64,000 nt of DNA from Anthoceros angustus. Its lineage: Eukaryota; Plantae; Anthocerotophyta. The notes beneath the pieces are model-generated. The model saw only the letters and a program-made list of their open reading frames with translations, was not told the origin of the DNA and searched no databases. Of the stretch, positions 46,534 through 58,865 are shown one piece after another (positions within the stretch are counted from its first letter, which is position 1; every line of letters starts with the position of its first letter). The translations under genes and the position numbers were made by a program. The DNA lies in assembly GCA_010909165.1 (NCBI GenBank), contig MU008160.1, forward strand, positions 1,178,001 through 1,242,000, in the 5' to 3' direction.

Positions 46534-48519
46534 TCATATTGCAGCGAAGTCGACTAAAGGCTGGTGCCTTGGCGACACGAAAGACTGTACATTGAACTTG
46601 AGCAGCTTGTCTCGCCCTCTGGTTGGTGGTGGAGATGTGTAAGTCTTGATTCCAATGAGCGTCACAAGGGTGTCGTGGACACGCCCATATAGCATCCTTT
46701 CACCATTCCAGTACTCCAAAGGTCTGGATCTGATCCTAGTGCTGCGCCTGAGACCATCCTTCCAAACTGTACCAGCACCTGCCAAGCTCTTTCTCTTGCT
46801 ATTTGCTGCTTCGGTTTGCCTTTTGCGTTTGGACTTGCCTTTGCAAAGCTCAGCATCTGTGTAGTCATGGTTCTGTTCAGTGGCTTGATTAGTATCCCCG
46901 GAGCCATCACCTTGAGTATTCACAGCCTGCCCTGACCCATTTGTCGCGTCATCGGCATCGTCATCGAGTGGTTCAACCAAATCACGGGCAGATTCAGGAG
47001 GCCTGCCGGATTCAGTTTCATGCTGTTCAGAGCTCTGGCCTTGTGTTTGCATGAAATCCCCAAGTAAATCCACGCTCTCTTGATCCTTGAGATGAGCAAC
47101 ATCTGCAGACTGGTATCCGACATCAATCCCCTCACAACCAGCTTGTCCTGACTTCACCTTTTCAGATCCTGTCGCCTCAGGGGCAGGTTCGGAGCTACCA
47201 TCGATAAAGTTCTTACTCGTAGCAGCATCTCCAACATCCTCGCCATTCTCCATCTGCATTTCCTGCAATCTTCTCAGGGAATCTGGAACAACACTCCCTT
47301 TGGGCCTTCCCAAGCAAGAAGTTCTTTGTTCCACCTCATCCAAAGTCTGCATAACGTCTCGTGTGTCGGGAGTCTTAAAACCAATCACTTCAGGGTCCGA
47401 ATTCGCCCCCGGTTGCTCCTCAATCGGCCCCTTCGTTTCACCCTGCTCAACTCTTGAATCTCGTGAACGTCCCGAAGCATCATCTGGCTCAATTCCTCCG
47501 TCCTCCCTTCTCAGCACATTTGGAGTACAAGGGGTTGCACTCTTCTGCTCATCTACAAGTGTTTCGGCTTCTAACCCTTCTGCGAATCTGCAGGTTCCAG
47601 CAACGGACTCCACATCTGAGGAACAGGCATCAAGTACCTCCTTGTCCAGTAACTCACTGAGTTCCATCATTTCTTTCATCAAGTCTGCTGGTCCGTCCTC
47701 GTCCTCTGCTTGCAATGTAGGGCTTACCGGAAACAGTACCCGTGGTGCTGCGGCCTCTTCCAGAACTGCATCCTCTTCGGGAACTACATCCTCCTCCAGA
47801 AGTACATCCTCCTTCCCCGTTTTAGATTCAACAGTTCCTTCCGCAAAGAGCACCTGGGGTGCTCGGACCTCGTCCACAATTTCCATGTCCCCCTCCTCAG
47901 GTCCAGCAATTGCTTCCGCTGCTGGCAAACTCACAGGAGCAGCCTGTCCCCCTCCTCCACCGCCATAGCTCAGGCCTTCGAAGCAAAACTGTCCAGAAGC
48001 CGAACCTTCCTCCTCTACAAGGTTCTCCTTATCCCAACCGGCGATTTCTTCAGCATCAACTTCATCCTCCAAGCAAATGTGAAAAGCAGTCTTTCCCGCA
48101 CTCCCCCGCCTTGCTTTGGTAGCGCTTCCTCGAGAACGCACTCTACGCTGTCCTTTTCCCCTTTCCCCTTTCTTGTCCATAAAATTCTCAATCTCCTGCA
48201 ACACGCTATACTTGCTACCACCTCCAAGCCAGCGCGTGGATGAGGCACACTTGGAAGCAACGCCTTTCTCAACTCCGCTGTCCTTCACCTTCTTCCGACG
48301 CATATAAGTTGCAGAGAACAGCGATCCTTGTACAGACGCAGCATCCGCTGGTGCCCGGGGGGAAGCTTGCTTCACCTCATCAAGCTCCCGGACCAGCTTG
48401 GCGTGACGCGGCATCAGGCGTGCCAAATCTTGCTCCTCCTCCTCTTCCTCCTCCTCGTCATCCTCCCAGCAGGAATTTCTTGGAAGGCTACTTCGCCTCT
48501 CCCTCGGCGCAGAGTGCAT
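46534..48519 (-). CDS. CENPC: Centromere protein C (inner kinetochore), single exon as seen
   Basis: C-terminal plant CENP-C motif [27 protein letters not shown]...LIGIK; acidic, disordered body. First in-frame ATG at 48519. Confidence 0.88.
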   Translation of the reverse strand: MHSAPRERRSSLPRNSCWEDDEEEEEEEEQDLARLMPRHAKLVRELDEVKQASPRAPADAASVQGSLFSATYMRRKKVKDSGVEKGVASKCASSTRWLGGGSKYSVLQEIENFMDKKGERGKGQRRVRSRGSATKARRGSAGKTAFHICLEDEVDAEEIAGWDKENLVEEEGSASGQFCFEGLSYGGGGGGQAAPVSLPAAEAIAGPEEGDMEIVDEVRAPQVLFAEGTVESKTGKEDVLLEEDVVPEEDAVLEEAAAPRVLFPVSPTLQAEDEDGPADLMKEMMELSELLDKEVLDACSSDVESVAGTCRFAEGLEAETLVDEQKSATPCTPNVLRREDGGIEPDDASGRSRDSRVEQGETKGPIEEQPGANSDPEVIGFKTPDTRDVMQTLDEVEQRTSCLGRPKGSVVPDSLRRLQEMQMENGEDVGDAATSKNFIDGSSEPAPEATGSEKVKSGQAGCEGIDVGYQSADVAHLKDQESVDLLGDFMQTQGQSSEQHETESGRPPESARDLVEPLDDDADDATNGSGQAVNTQGDGSGDTNQATEQNHDYTDAELCKGKSKRKRQTEAANSKRKSLAGAGTVWKDGLRRSTRIRSRPLEYWNGERMLYGRVHDTLVTLIGIKTYTSPPPTRGRDKLLKFNVQSFVSPRHQPLVDFAAI

Positions 48520-48890
48520 CCCTTCCTCCAAATTCCGCTCCAATGCCGCTGCGATTACCAGGTGACCATGCCTGGCCAAAGACTTCAGACAGGCCGCCTT
48601 CGTCGTCGCGACTGTGCAGTGGAGCCGGCCGTTGGAGCAAAATTTTTGAAAACGAGAAAAGAGTGCACGGGGTCCTCGGCTCCGCTTTATAGCCTTCCGT
48701 ACATCCCTTTTCCAAAATGCAAATATCTACAAAATATTCTATGCAGGTGCGTATTCACATATTCTGAAGGGAGAGAATTTCCACCACCGCAACCGGCTCC
48801 CAATAAGAGCATGTCAGGGTGTCTTCCGCCGAGCGCGTTACTTCACTCTTGCTTCCACTGAGACTGGAATGCGTCGCGTGCGAGTTGTTG

Positions 48891-50816
48891 ATGCCACCGA
48901 TGGCGGCCTTGGGAGAGACGGACGACCCGGCCGCGCCCCTGGCTTGGGGACTGGAGGTGGAGGCGGCGAGGGATAAGGATACGGTCGTGCCGGGCGCGGG
49001 CGACCGGTGGGCGGCTTTGCTGGCCGCCGTCTTGCGGCCTTGGCACTGGATCGTGGGGATTGCCAAGGAGGTGAATGCCAGTGTGGTGTTCGGAATCATG
49101 ATTGTGTATGGCGTCAGCCAAGGGTTTGGGGGAGCATACAACCGCGTGGTAGTGAGGTACTATTGGAAGGATGTACAGGGTGCAGCTCCCTGGCAGGTGC
49201 AATTCTACAAAGGGATCAACTTCCTCCCTTGGAATGTGAAGCCTTTGTATGGTTTCCTCACGGACGCCTTCCCGATGGCTGGGTATCACCGAAGACCTTA
49301 CTTCATTCTGCCAGGTTCCGAGCGTCTCTGGGTTGCATTTGCTGCGTAGGGACAGTGATGGGGAGTCGGTATGAGAGTAGCGTAGCTGAATTATCCGACA
49401 CCGGGATTATGTTTTCGTTTGCAGGTCTGTTGACCGTTGTAGCAGTTGCGGGTGTAGCGTTAGGAGGGAAGCTACATGATTACGTTGCTGTTATACTCTT
49501 CACAGCTGTCTCGTTAGCTGCTGCCATTGGAGATGTTACCATCGACGCTGAAGTGGCCAGGAAAACCCGTGAACATCCGGCTCTGGGGCCGGATATGCAA
49601 GCTCTGTGCTCTGGATGCTCTTCTGTGGGAAATCTGATCGGTTTTGCCTCCAGCGGGATGGTTGTTCATGCCCTTGGTTCCCAGGTCTGCAGACTTGTGT
49701 AGTTCCCAGAATCTGATATGGTTTTTGGATGGTTACAGGATGGAGAGTTGATGCACCTGCAGGTGCTGATCTAGTACCGTCCATTTCCATGTTGGCAGGG
49801 AGCATTCGGGCTTCTGTTCATTCCGGCTGCACTTTTTCTGATCCTTGGTGTCATCTTCTACGAGGAGCGTGACAGTTGCGGTTCACACCAGGTTTCTGTC
49901 CTAAACTACTTTTAGGCTCTATCTTATCTGATTCTCTCTGGTTGCAGATCTGAAGGACTCTTGTGTGTTTTAGGCGTGGGGGAACCTTCGGCAGGTTCTG
50001 CGAGAGATGTGGTCTACTCTTAGACAGCCCCAAGTCTGGAGGCCCGCTTTGTATATGTATCTCTCATGGGCATTGTGTCCTGTTATCTCAGAGGCAAAGT
50101 TCTATTGGTATACTGACACCACTGTCGGCCCTGGCTTCTCCCAGGTATCCTTTTGCGTAACTTATTTTCTGTCTCTCTGTCTCCCGGTAGTCACAATCTC
50201 ACTTTTTGCTGGCGAGCAGGACTTTATTGGCATTATGTATGCTGTTGGCTCTGTTGGAACCCTGGGTGCCTCCTTTGTCTACAACAAATACTTGCGGGAG
50301 TGCTCCTTCCGGAGCATGCTCAGATGGTCACAACTCCTTCTGGCAGCTGCTGGAATGCTGGACCTGCTGCTCATCTTCCGCATCAACCTCAGGATGCATT
50401 TACCGGACTCCTTCTTTGTTCTTCTTGATGAGAGCCTGACAGGGGCGCTTTACCGCCTCAAGTGGATGCCACTCCTAGTCATGTGCGCAAAGCTTTGTCC
50501 TCCTGGCATCGAGGGCACATTTTTTGCTTTCCTCATGTCAGTAGATAACATCGGCACGTTCTCGGCGGTGTCTAACGGCGGAATCTTGCTCAAACTTTGT
50601 CATGTGGTTCGCCAAGGCAGTGCTGCTGGGCCCGGTCAAACTGATTTTCGGCTTCTGTGGCTGGCAATTCTAATCCGCAATTTTATGCTGCTCCTGCCGT
50701 TGATGTTCCTATTTCTGGTACCAGATACCGGGCCCAGCGTGGAAATCGTTTGTCATGAACCAATTCTTCTGGAAAACGAGGCAGTCAGTAACACTACCGA
50801 ATCCTGCTTGGACTGA
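48891..50816 (+). CDS. Folate/biopterin transporter (BT1 family, MFS), 5 exons
   Basis: PWNVKPLYGFLTDAFP...YHRRPY, DVTIDA, PQVWRPALYMYLS, KWMPLLV...LCPPGIEGTFFA. GT-AG introns at about 49315-49424, 49685-49798, 49891-49973 and 50145-50219. Confidence 0.92.
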
Positions 50817-51124
50817 TGAATCCTGCAGGCCTGTCAGAGGTTTTCCCCTGTGCTCACTTGGTACAAGTACTGTGCTAGGCAGGGCATGAACGGGACATGG
50901 GACATCCCCATGGTGATTTTAGTCCGTGAGAAAAGGAGATACCGAGTGCCTTTGTGTGATTGTGTGGAAGAGAGGGCTCCTCTCAGCAGTGAAGGAACTG
51001 CTCAGCAGAGCCATGAATATGTGTAAGTACGGGGCCTCAGAAACCCCAAGTTAAGCAGAAGGCCGTACTCAGCCCCATCTCTGATTATTTGGACGTCTTT
51101 GCCAGACAAGGCTGTCTCATCCAA

Positions 51125-51300
51125 GTGGTCCAAATGGCTTAGGCCAAGTGGACACACATTTATAAGAACCTCGTGATTAAGCATCCTGAGCTTAGATCGG
51201 TACTTAGATGGGGTGCCTAAAGGGAGTGGATGCCCTTGGTGCAAGTAGCTTGGGCACGCCATGGTACAAGTTGTTAAGTACCAAGTTCCCATGACGGAAT
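51125..51300. repeat. Second copy of the 42.9-kb dispersed repeat, between convergent genes
   Basis: Direct sequence match. Confidence 0.8.
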
Positions 51301-51889
51301 TCTTCTTCTTCTTCTTCATTCCCTTGCCTAGCAGTCCATTGGTCTGCATCTGACTGTTATCTTGTGTGTCGCAACTGTGAGGTCCCGATTTCAAGTGTGT
51401 GCGTGTAACCATTTCTGCACACCGAGTTGTTCTGAACGTGCAGGCTTCCTTGCTGGAGGCGAGCAGTCAGGCTTCGGCCTGCCTTTCCTTGTCTCACATA
51501 GCAGCGTCATTGGTATTAGACAGCATCTGTATGTCCGTACGAGTGCAGGTATAGGAGGTAAAACAGGATATCAACCGCCTTAGGAGAGAAGACAGAAACC
51601 TAACCACAGTGTCACATCGCTGGCTAGGCCCGAAACCACCAGTCTTTGTGGTCAGCCCTGGAGCAGGCTTGACCCAGGATCTGTGCCCACAAACCACACT
51701 ACCTTCTCACAAGACGAGCATAATTTTGATCTTCTGATGTTCTTTGGTGTCCACCCTGGGGCGACCTGGTGTTGTATTGGCCGGGTCTTTCTGCGTGTGA
51801 GAGGGGATTCACTTCATTTCAAGGACCTTTATGTTACACGTCTAGAAGGATGTCCAGATTGTAAAGTGGGTGCAGCCGTACTCAGAATT

Positions 51890-54800
51890 TCAGATGGTAG
51901 CGCTGGAAGAAAGAGTTTCCAAGAGCCTAGGGCCCACAGTCGTGATGTCCCCTGCAGGAGAACCAAACCATGTGACGAGCATTGGAGCCTGGTATCTAAA
52001 GGGTAAAGCAAAGAATAAGTGCAACGCTGATGGCACAGGAATATGTTGTTAAACCAACCTGCCCCAAGAGTTAACAGAATTATGTCACTCTGTCCTGCAT
52101 TCCAGGTGGCTGCAACTTCCCAAGATAGCCTCTTCACGACGTCTTCCTGACACCCAAAGAATGCCGATGCTCAAATCCGTTCAAACTACTGCATCTCACA
52201 CAACGTTTGCAAAATGATGTGGCAGGTACCAGTTCTTGGATGTAGACGGCAGGGGGACCAATGATAGCAGCTGCCAAATTCTGCCCACTAATGTTCCACA
52301 AGTTCTCTTCACGAGCAGAATAGACCTGCATTTCCGGCCATGCAACAAACTCCTAGCATGAAATTCTGCAGGCAGTGCACGGATGTCTCTGGAAAGATCA
52401 TTAAGAGGGATAGGTATGTTTGGAAAATGCACACCTTTGTGATGATAACTCTGTCTGCAGCACTGAAGGCTGGAGCAAAATCTTCCAGCAACTTCGCCAG
52501 CCGGCTACAGGACAAGTCTGCCATCATGTCAGTCTCGCAAACATGGCTACCTTACAGTAAGCAGAACTTCTTTCACAACCGATGCCTGAGAATCTAGGAT
52601 GACAGCTCGAGACCTGTAAGTGTGAGGTTGAAACACCACCCAAATGGACTGCTGGTCAAATCTTTGTCTGGCTGCTTGAAGGACAGCACGGACTTCGGTA
52701 GGGTGATGAGCATAGTCATCAAAGATCTGGCATCTTCTTGCTGCACCAACAAACTCAAATCTGCGACGAACTCCTCCAAAGTCACCCAATATTCTGCTGG
52801 CTGCCTCTGCTGAATCCCTCATCACTTTCAATTGTGCTGTCCCATCACCAGCCCTCTTCTCCTGGACGGACAGTAAGGATACAGCAACGAGTACCTGGGA
52901 ACAAGATACATCAGAACTACTCCTACATGAGAAAGCTCTAAAGAAGGAGGGAAGTATCTGAGCTGGAGGAATTCGACTTTACTGCTAGGGAGTTCAACAC
53001 ATTATGAGTTCCTGGGATACGTAGGCTGACTCTTGCTATCGGCACACCATCATGCACCTGCCAGACAGAAGCAAGGTGCCGAGATTTTCAGAGGCTTCAT
53101 GTCATAGAATCGTAAAATTTGATGTACTTCAAACCAAATGCTTTACCGCAACATAATCTGATCCACCCCGCACATTCGGAGCGAGTAATAGGGCCTGCCA
53201 GTCATTTTCCTTGCCTAATCCGTAAGTGACAACTTGGTATGGTGCCTTCTTGTCAAGCCAAGATGCCCGGGTGTTCGGCATTGACTCACTGTTCTCCTCA
53301 AACGCTCTTGCCAGAGACTTCGATCCAGCACTGCAACCACCAAGTTTACAATCTATGAGGCCACTCGCATGCAGTGTGAGTCCATCACCCAAGCTCCATT
53401 TACCACTCAATGCTCGGCATCCATGGAAGAGTTCAGGCCGTCAGAAGGTGCAAAAGAGATGAACAGAACCTGTCACCACAAAGCACAAGGGTTCCTCCCT
53501 CTTTGATCCGCGACACAAACTTTCTAAAGACGTTTCTCACGGAAGCCTGGCACAAGCAAAAGTAACGTAGACATATCCACAAACTTTTGCACGTATTCCT
53601 GAAGAGCATCTGGGAGAGATGGTACCTCGTCTGGGAACATGTCCACATGTTCCCACTCAACGTTTGTCACTATCGCCATGGATGGATCAACCCCCAGGAA
53701 GCAACTGTCATATTCATCTGCCTGTACTCCAGTAATACAAGGTGTCAGCATTCGAATGCCATTGGCAAGCTGGGAACTGAACTCCTGAAGCAGTCAGAAA
53801 ACTAGGACAGGCTGTCCACTCCTGGAAAAGCAACAGCTGAGCCAGGTTCGGTCTTCAACAAACCTCTAGCACAAAACGCCGGCCCTGCCCCACAATAGCA
53901 TTTCCACCGCCAGGGAACTGAGGCACCTCTGCTCCAACAACAACTGTAATGTCCTCCCCCAAACCCCTAAGCACCGTGGCCAACATTGCCGTGGTGGTAG
54001 TCTTTCCTGCACCAACAAAGCCGTCCTTAGACCCTGTGCCTCAAAAATACGAAGCAATTTGGACAGAGAAGCACGGTCAAGTAATCCATACCATGAGAAC
54101 CAGCAACAGCAACCAGCTCATACCCCTGTGTGATTTTGGCAAGCCAGGCATCCCTCTTGAATCTGACACAAAACAGAGCCTGAGCGAGCTTCTAGAAGCA
54201 AACAGGAGGTGAGGTTACACCGCGATGCATGATCAAGCCTGCTGCCCCCGGACTCACATAGGCACGGCAAGGGCTTGAGCAGCTTGTAGCTCATCATTGT
54301 CCTGCGGTATTGCGCTGGACACCACCACTGCGTCAGGCTTGACAGCATCAGAGCCTTGGAGCAGGCTGGCAGAGTGGCCCACATACACCGTTGCACCTTC
54401 CTCTTGCAGGGCCTTCATGCGCTCGTTCCAGGTTGCATCAGACCCACTCACCCGCCACCCCTGCATTTCATGGTGCATATCATTTCAAGCTCCAGGCTGC
54501 CAGGGAAAAGCACTCTATGCTGACTGTGGATGAACCCATGGATGGTACCTGCTTCAGAGCAACCAATGCGAGAGCCGAAAGCCCAGTCCCTCCAATCCCA
54601 ATGAAATGGACTCCGCCTGGCTTGCCAGTCATACCTGCTCTGGCCGCTCCCCCTGCTGCCCGACGCCTACCCTCTGCCCTCCCCTTGAACCGCAGCTTCG
54701 TCACCAACGCTCTCCCAGGCCGCTCCTTGCTCCTGAGCATCCCACGCAACCCAGCCCATGGTCTTGGCAACACCGGCTGGCTGTGGCTAGCTCTGGGCAT
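51890..54800 (-). CDS. MURC: UDP-N-acetylmuramate--L-alanine ligase (plastid peptidoglycan synthesis), multi-exon
   Basis: [83 protein letters not shown]|DI. Stop at 51890. The start may lie further upstream. Confidence 0.93.
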
Positions 54801-55586
54801 CGCACCTCCTGTCTGCACCTGATGATGGATGCATGTTCCTAAACACATCTTCCCCATCTCACCCCAACCTCTCAACCCAGAATGAGCATAAATGTAGGCA
54901 CAGAGTTTGGATGCTGCATCCTGCACATCTCATCCAGACATCTCATCCAGCTCATAGTTCACGTGCTCTGATGCTTGACCCATGCCCATTACTCAAAATG
55001 GGTGTTTCCGGCAATGAGAAGTGCCACGACAAGGGCAATAAAAACTATTCCGGTCTATGCACTACCATGCCACGTTCCACTGTCCGACATGCCCACATTG
55101 CTCATGAGCACGTCTTGGATGAGTCAGGCACTGTCCAGGGGATTTGGCACTGATTGAATAGGAGTGGAAGTCAAGTAATTTCGGAGCAATTCTTGGGAGC
55201 TGCATCTCTGTCGTGAAGTGACACAAGGGAAGCTCCATTTTCGACTGGTGGTCCAGTTGAAAATCGACGAAGGTAAGTGTTCCGTCTGTCACCATAAGGC
55301 TTCGCGGCCAGGACAATCTTCGGCAGTACGAAGGATTAAGCCAGATGTTTTGAGTTGGATGTTGGAAGTGGATGTGCGAAGCTGCAAGCTCAGTGACCAA
55401 ATCCCGACCTTCCGCATACAGTATGTATATATTCAGTGTTTCTATGCTCGACTGAAGGGTGCACGTCCTCCCTTCATTGAAGAAGTGACATCTCCTCCCT
55501 TCATTGAAGAAGTTACATCCAGACTTGGGTTCATTGGAACTCCACAATGAAACGTCTGGAGACCGTGGGTGCCACTAATTCCCAAC

Positions 55587-57700
55587 ACCGTGGGTGCCAC
55601 TAATTCCCCTGGATACCATGGCGAGGTGCCGTCGCCTACGCCTAAGGAATTGGAGGTGGAGGTGGAGCAAACGGCTTCCCCTACAGGAAATGGAGAGGCT
55701 GGGTGCGGGGGAAAGGGGAGAGGTGGGCAGGGCTGGCAGGAGGGGGAGGGGGTCTCGGGTGCGCAGCTCCTTCAGACATGGATGCAGCTGCCTGCATCGC
55801 TGCGTTCATGATATCCATGAACATTGCTGCACTCGGGCTTCCACCTGCCTGCATGTTAGGGGCACTTGGGGGCATCCTCTCCATCATGCCCTCCACCTCC
55901 GTGCAGCGCAACCTTAGGTCGCGCACCTTGTCCACGACCTCCAGCAGCGTGGCCATGGCGCCACTCATGGCTGCATCGATAGCAACAAGAAATGAGCGAG
56001 TGGACGCCATAATGCCCTGAAACTCCTGGGGCGCAGGCTCCTGAAGGCCGCCTTGGGATGTGCCTGCCCCATTCCTGCTGGTGCTCGCACCAGCTGCTCC
56101 TCGCGGCCGGAGCACCGGAGTTCGCACCTCCGGCCTCGCCCCCCCATCCATCTTCCCCCCTGCCGGCTTGCGTCCGCCCCGGGGCTTGGGTTTGCCGCCG
56201 CCGCGGTTCGGCTGCATCCTCTTCTTCTTCCGCCCACACACGCCAGCTGCCTCCAGCTCCACAATGAGCTCGGCCAACTCTGCTCTCAGAGTGGCCGCCT
56301 CCTCCTCCCGCAGTTGCGCCTCCCCAAACGACGCTCAATCTTTTGACGGCGCTCCACATCAGTGTACCTGATGCGGACAAAATTGCCATCCGAGTCATAG
56401 ATGATTCGGTATGGCCTGCTCTCGTCCACGCCTTCAACACCTGCAACCCCCAACCCATCAAGCAGCTATTAGCATCGTTGTCAATCCCATCTGCAACCAA
56501 AGAGCAACCACAATTTGCCATTACCATCGGAGTCGTCCGAGATTTCGCACCCTTGCCCCTCCACACCTCCCTCGCCATTCAATTCCTCCACAGCCGCCTC
56601 CTCCCCCTCTGCGGCCGTTGTGGCATCCACCCCCTCTGGGAGGACCTCTGCCACTGCCTCCTTGCCCAGGCGCTGGCGCCAGTGCCAGCCTCGCCACCTC
56701 CGCCCTCCTCACCTCCTCCGACCGCGACTGGCGGAGGAACGGGCAGAGGAGGAGCTTCGCCCTCCCTCCCGGGCTGTGTTCGCCAGACCTTGTTGTGCCA
56801 GCGACCGCTTGCGAAGCCTGGCCCTATGCCCGCGCAGCTCCTCTGTCTCTTCTGCGGGCCTGTCGCCTGCATCCCGTGATTCCGCAGCTGCGTGAATCGG
56901 ATCGTCCCCACCGCCGTGCGCTGCCGCCGCCTCTGGCTCTCCATGCCGTTGCCCCCCCCAGCTCGCGGGTAGCAGACGCCCTCCTCGTGCTGAGGTGCAT
57001 TTGCCAGCCCAGTCGCAGGCATACGAAGATGGGCCGCCGGGGACGGCCACATTGAAACTCCTGGCGGATCCGAGAATTGCAGCCTGGCTGACGGCCGGTG
57101 CAGTCCGAAGTCGCTAACCTTGGTATGGACGCTGCCGGCCTCCGACCTGATTGCATGCGTGGACGTCGCCGGAGACCGCCCTTGCACCCTGGCTGCACGC
57201 ATCTGCGACGCAGTCGACAGCGCATGTCCAGACGCTCCAGCCGAATGCATGCGTGGTGGACAAGAATGCGGCTCGTATGCCCACGGTGATTGCGTGTATG
57301 CCTGGCTGCAGTTGACGGCGGCATCTGCGTCATGCATGTCTGGGGTAGCCTGGGTGCCAGCACCGCCATCTCCTTGTGATGGGCGCACGGATCGGGTGCT
57401 GACGGCCTCACGCGGTCCGCTAATGGCAGTCATGTTTGCGGGTTGCTTAACGTCCATGGCCCAGCAAGCAGCTGACCGCAGTTCAGGACGCCGATGAAAA
57501 TAGCTGTAGCTGCAACACACGAGTTCCACTATGGAAGCTGTGTGAAAAGGAGTTCCACGCTCATGGCATGTGCAGTGCCAATTGCAACCTCGCAGCCGCA
57601 ACTGTGATTGCAGTGTATGTAGAAGCGGCAAGCACGCCAACGCAGACACTGCAGCCCACAAATTTGTTGCTTGCCACAGCTGAAGTAGCCCTTGTGTTCC
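55587..57700 (-). other. Unassigned GC-rich, coding-like degenerate island (probable TE ORF remnant)
   Basis: Acidic, coiled-coil-like (EEEAATLRAELAELIVEL) and basic (GRKKKR...KPKPRGGRK) segments across shifted frames; no family motif recognised. Confidence 0.3.
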
Positions 57701-57946
57701 CGCCTATTCCCGCAATAGCACCTGGTTAGGAATTGTCCCAGTCATTATGTTTCCCGCGCATGGGTCCGCAACTACTGCCATTACCCTTAGGCGGCGCGAT
57801 GATGCCTCCTTGCCAGGACACAGCATTCATGATGCTGAGCACGGATATGGTTCAAAAATAATCATGGATTCTGCGCCCTCGTACACGCCTCCTCTTCGCA
57901 GTGGTGTGCGCCTCGTCAAGTAAGTGCACCCACATTGCCTTCCAGA

Positions 57947-58160
57947 GCCAGCTACATTAAAAAAATGGCACACCTTCAAACTCAACGCCACCGCCATGAG
58001 AGCTGTCACACGTGCTGACCATGCCTTGCCATCATTGTGGCCCGCTATGTCAGAGAGATCTCTGCTAGACGCTAATGGCAAGGCATGTTCACCACGTGTG
58101 ACAGCTCTCATGGCGGTGGCGTTGAGTTTGAAGGTGTGCCATTTTTTTAATGTAGCTGGC
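57947..58160. repeat. Perfect 68-bp inverted repeat (57947-58014 and 58093-58160), extendable to about 86 bp
   Basis: Arms checked base by base as reverse complements. Confidence 0.95.
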
Positions 58161-58439
58161 AGAGATCTCTGTGACATAGCTACAATGCAGCCAAGAAACT
58201 GCAGCCACGTTGCAGATCATTGGCGCGCTGCAGTGCAATCATGGAACACAGCGCCGCAGGCCGCAGCGATCGCCACATCCTTCGCCGGCAATCATGGAAC
58301 ACAGCGCTGCAGCGATCGCCACATCCTTCGCCCGGCAAGGTGCAGACCGTGATAACCGCAGTCTTGGTGGTGGGGCCGCGACGCAGCCTCTTTTAAAGGT
58401 ATTAAATTGCGACTGACCCTTCGCATCTAGGAAATATTA

Positions 58440-58865
58440 TATTGTTGCATAACACAACTCCTACCCCCTACCACACACTCCATCGCCTCGCAGCCCTCCC
58501 CGCTCCGCCCTGCCCCTTTCTCCAACCCCTTCTCTACCCCCTAAATCCCGTCACCGGTCCGCCGCCACACCTGTCCCCGCCGTTCCTGACACACCCAAAC
58601 CCCATGGCCGCTTTTCACCCTTTTCCCATTCCCATCCCCTACATTCCCCGCCCGCGCCCTCCCCTACGCGAACACACCCGCGCCCTTCCTAAAACCCCAT
58701 CCACCACCGTCAGCCGCCCCCATCCCCGGCCCCGCGCCACCCATGCACACACCCCAGCGCCCTCCCTAAAACCACCCACCCCACCCCTGTCGCCAGTCCG
58801 CCGCCCTCCGTCACCCGCCCGTTCCGTCACACCCAACCCCTACAAACTAGCAAACCCGCCCAGGC
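58440..58865. repeat. C-rich, G-poor low-complexity tract (G-rich on the minus strand)
   Basis: Visible composition skew. Confidence 0.85.

Noticed and set aside
46534-48519. CENP-C gene plus repeats taken as a sign of a centromere
   Set aside because: The gene's location says nothing about centromere position, and the region is gene-dense.
51890-54800. MurC as bacterial contamination or recent HGT
   Set aside because: It has spliceosomal GT-AG introns and an N-terminal extension, and fits the known endosymbiotic plastid pathway.
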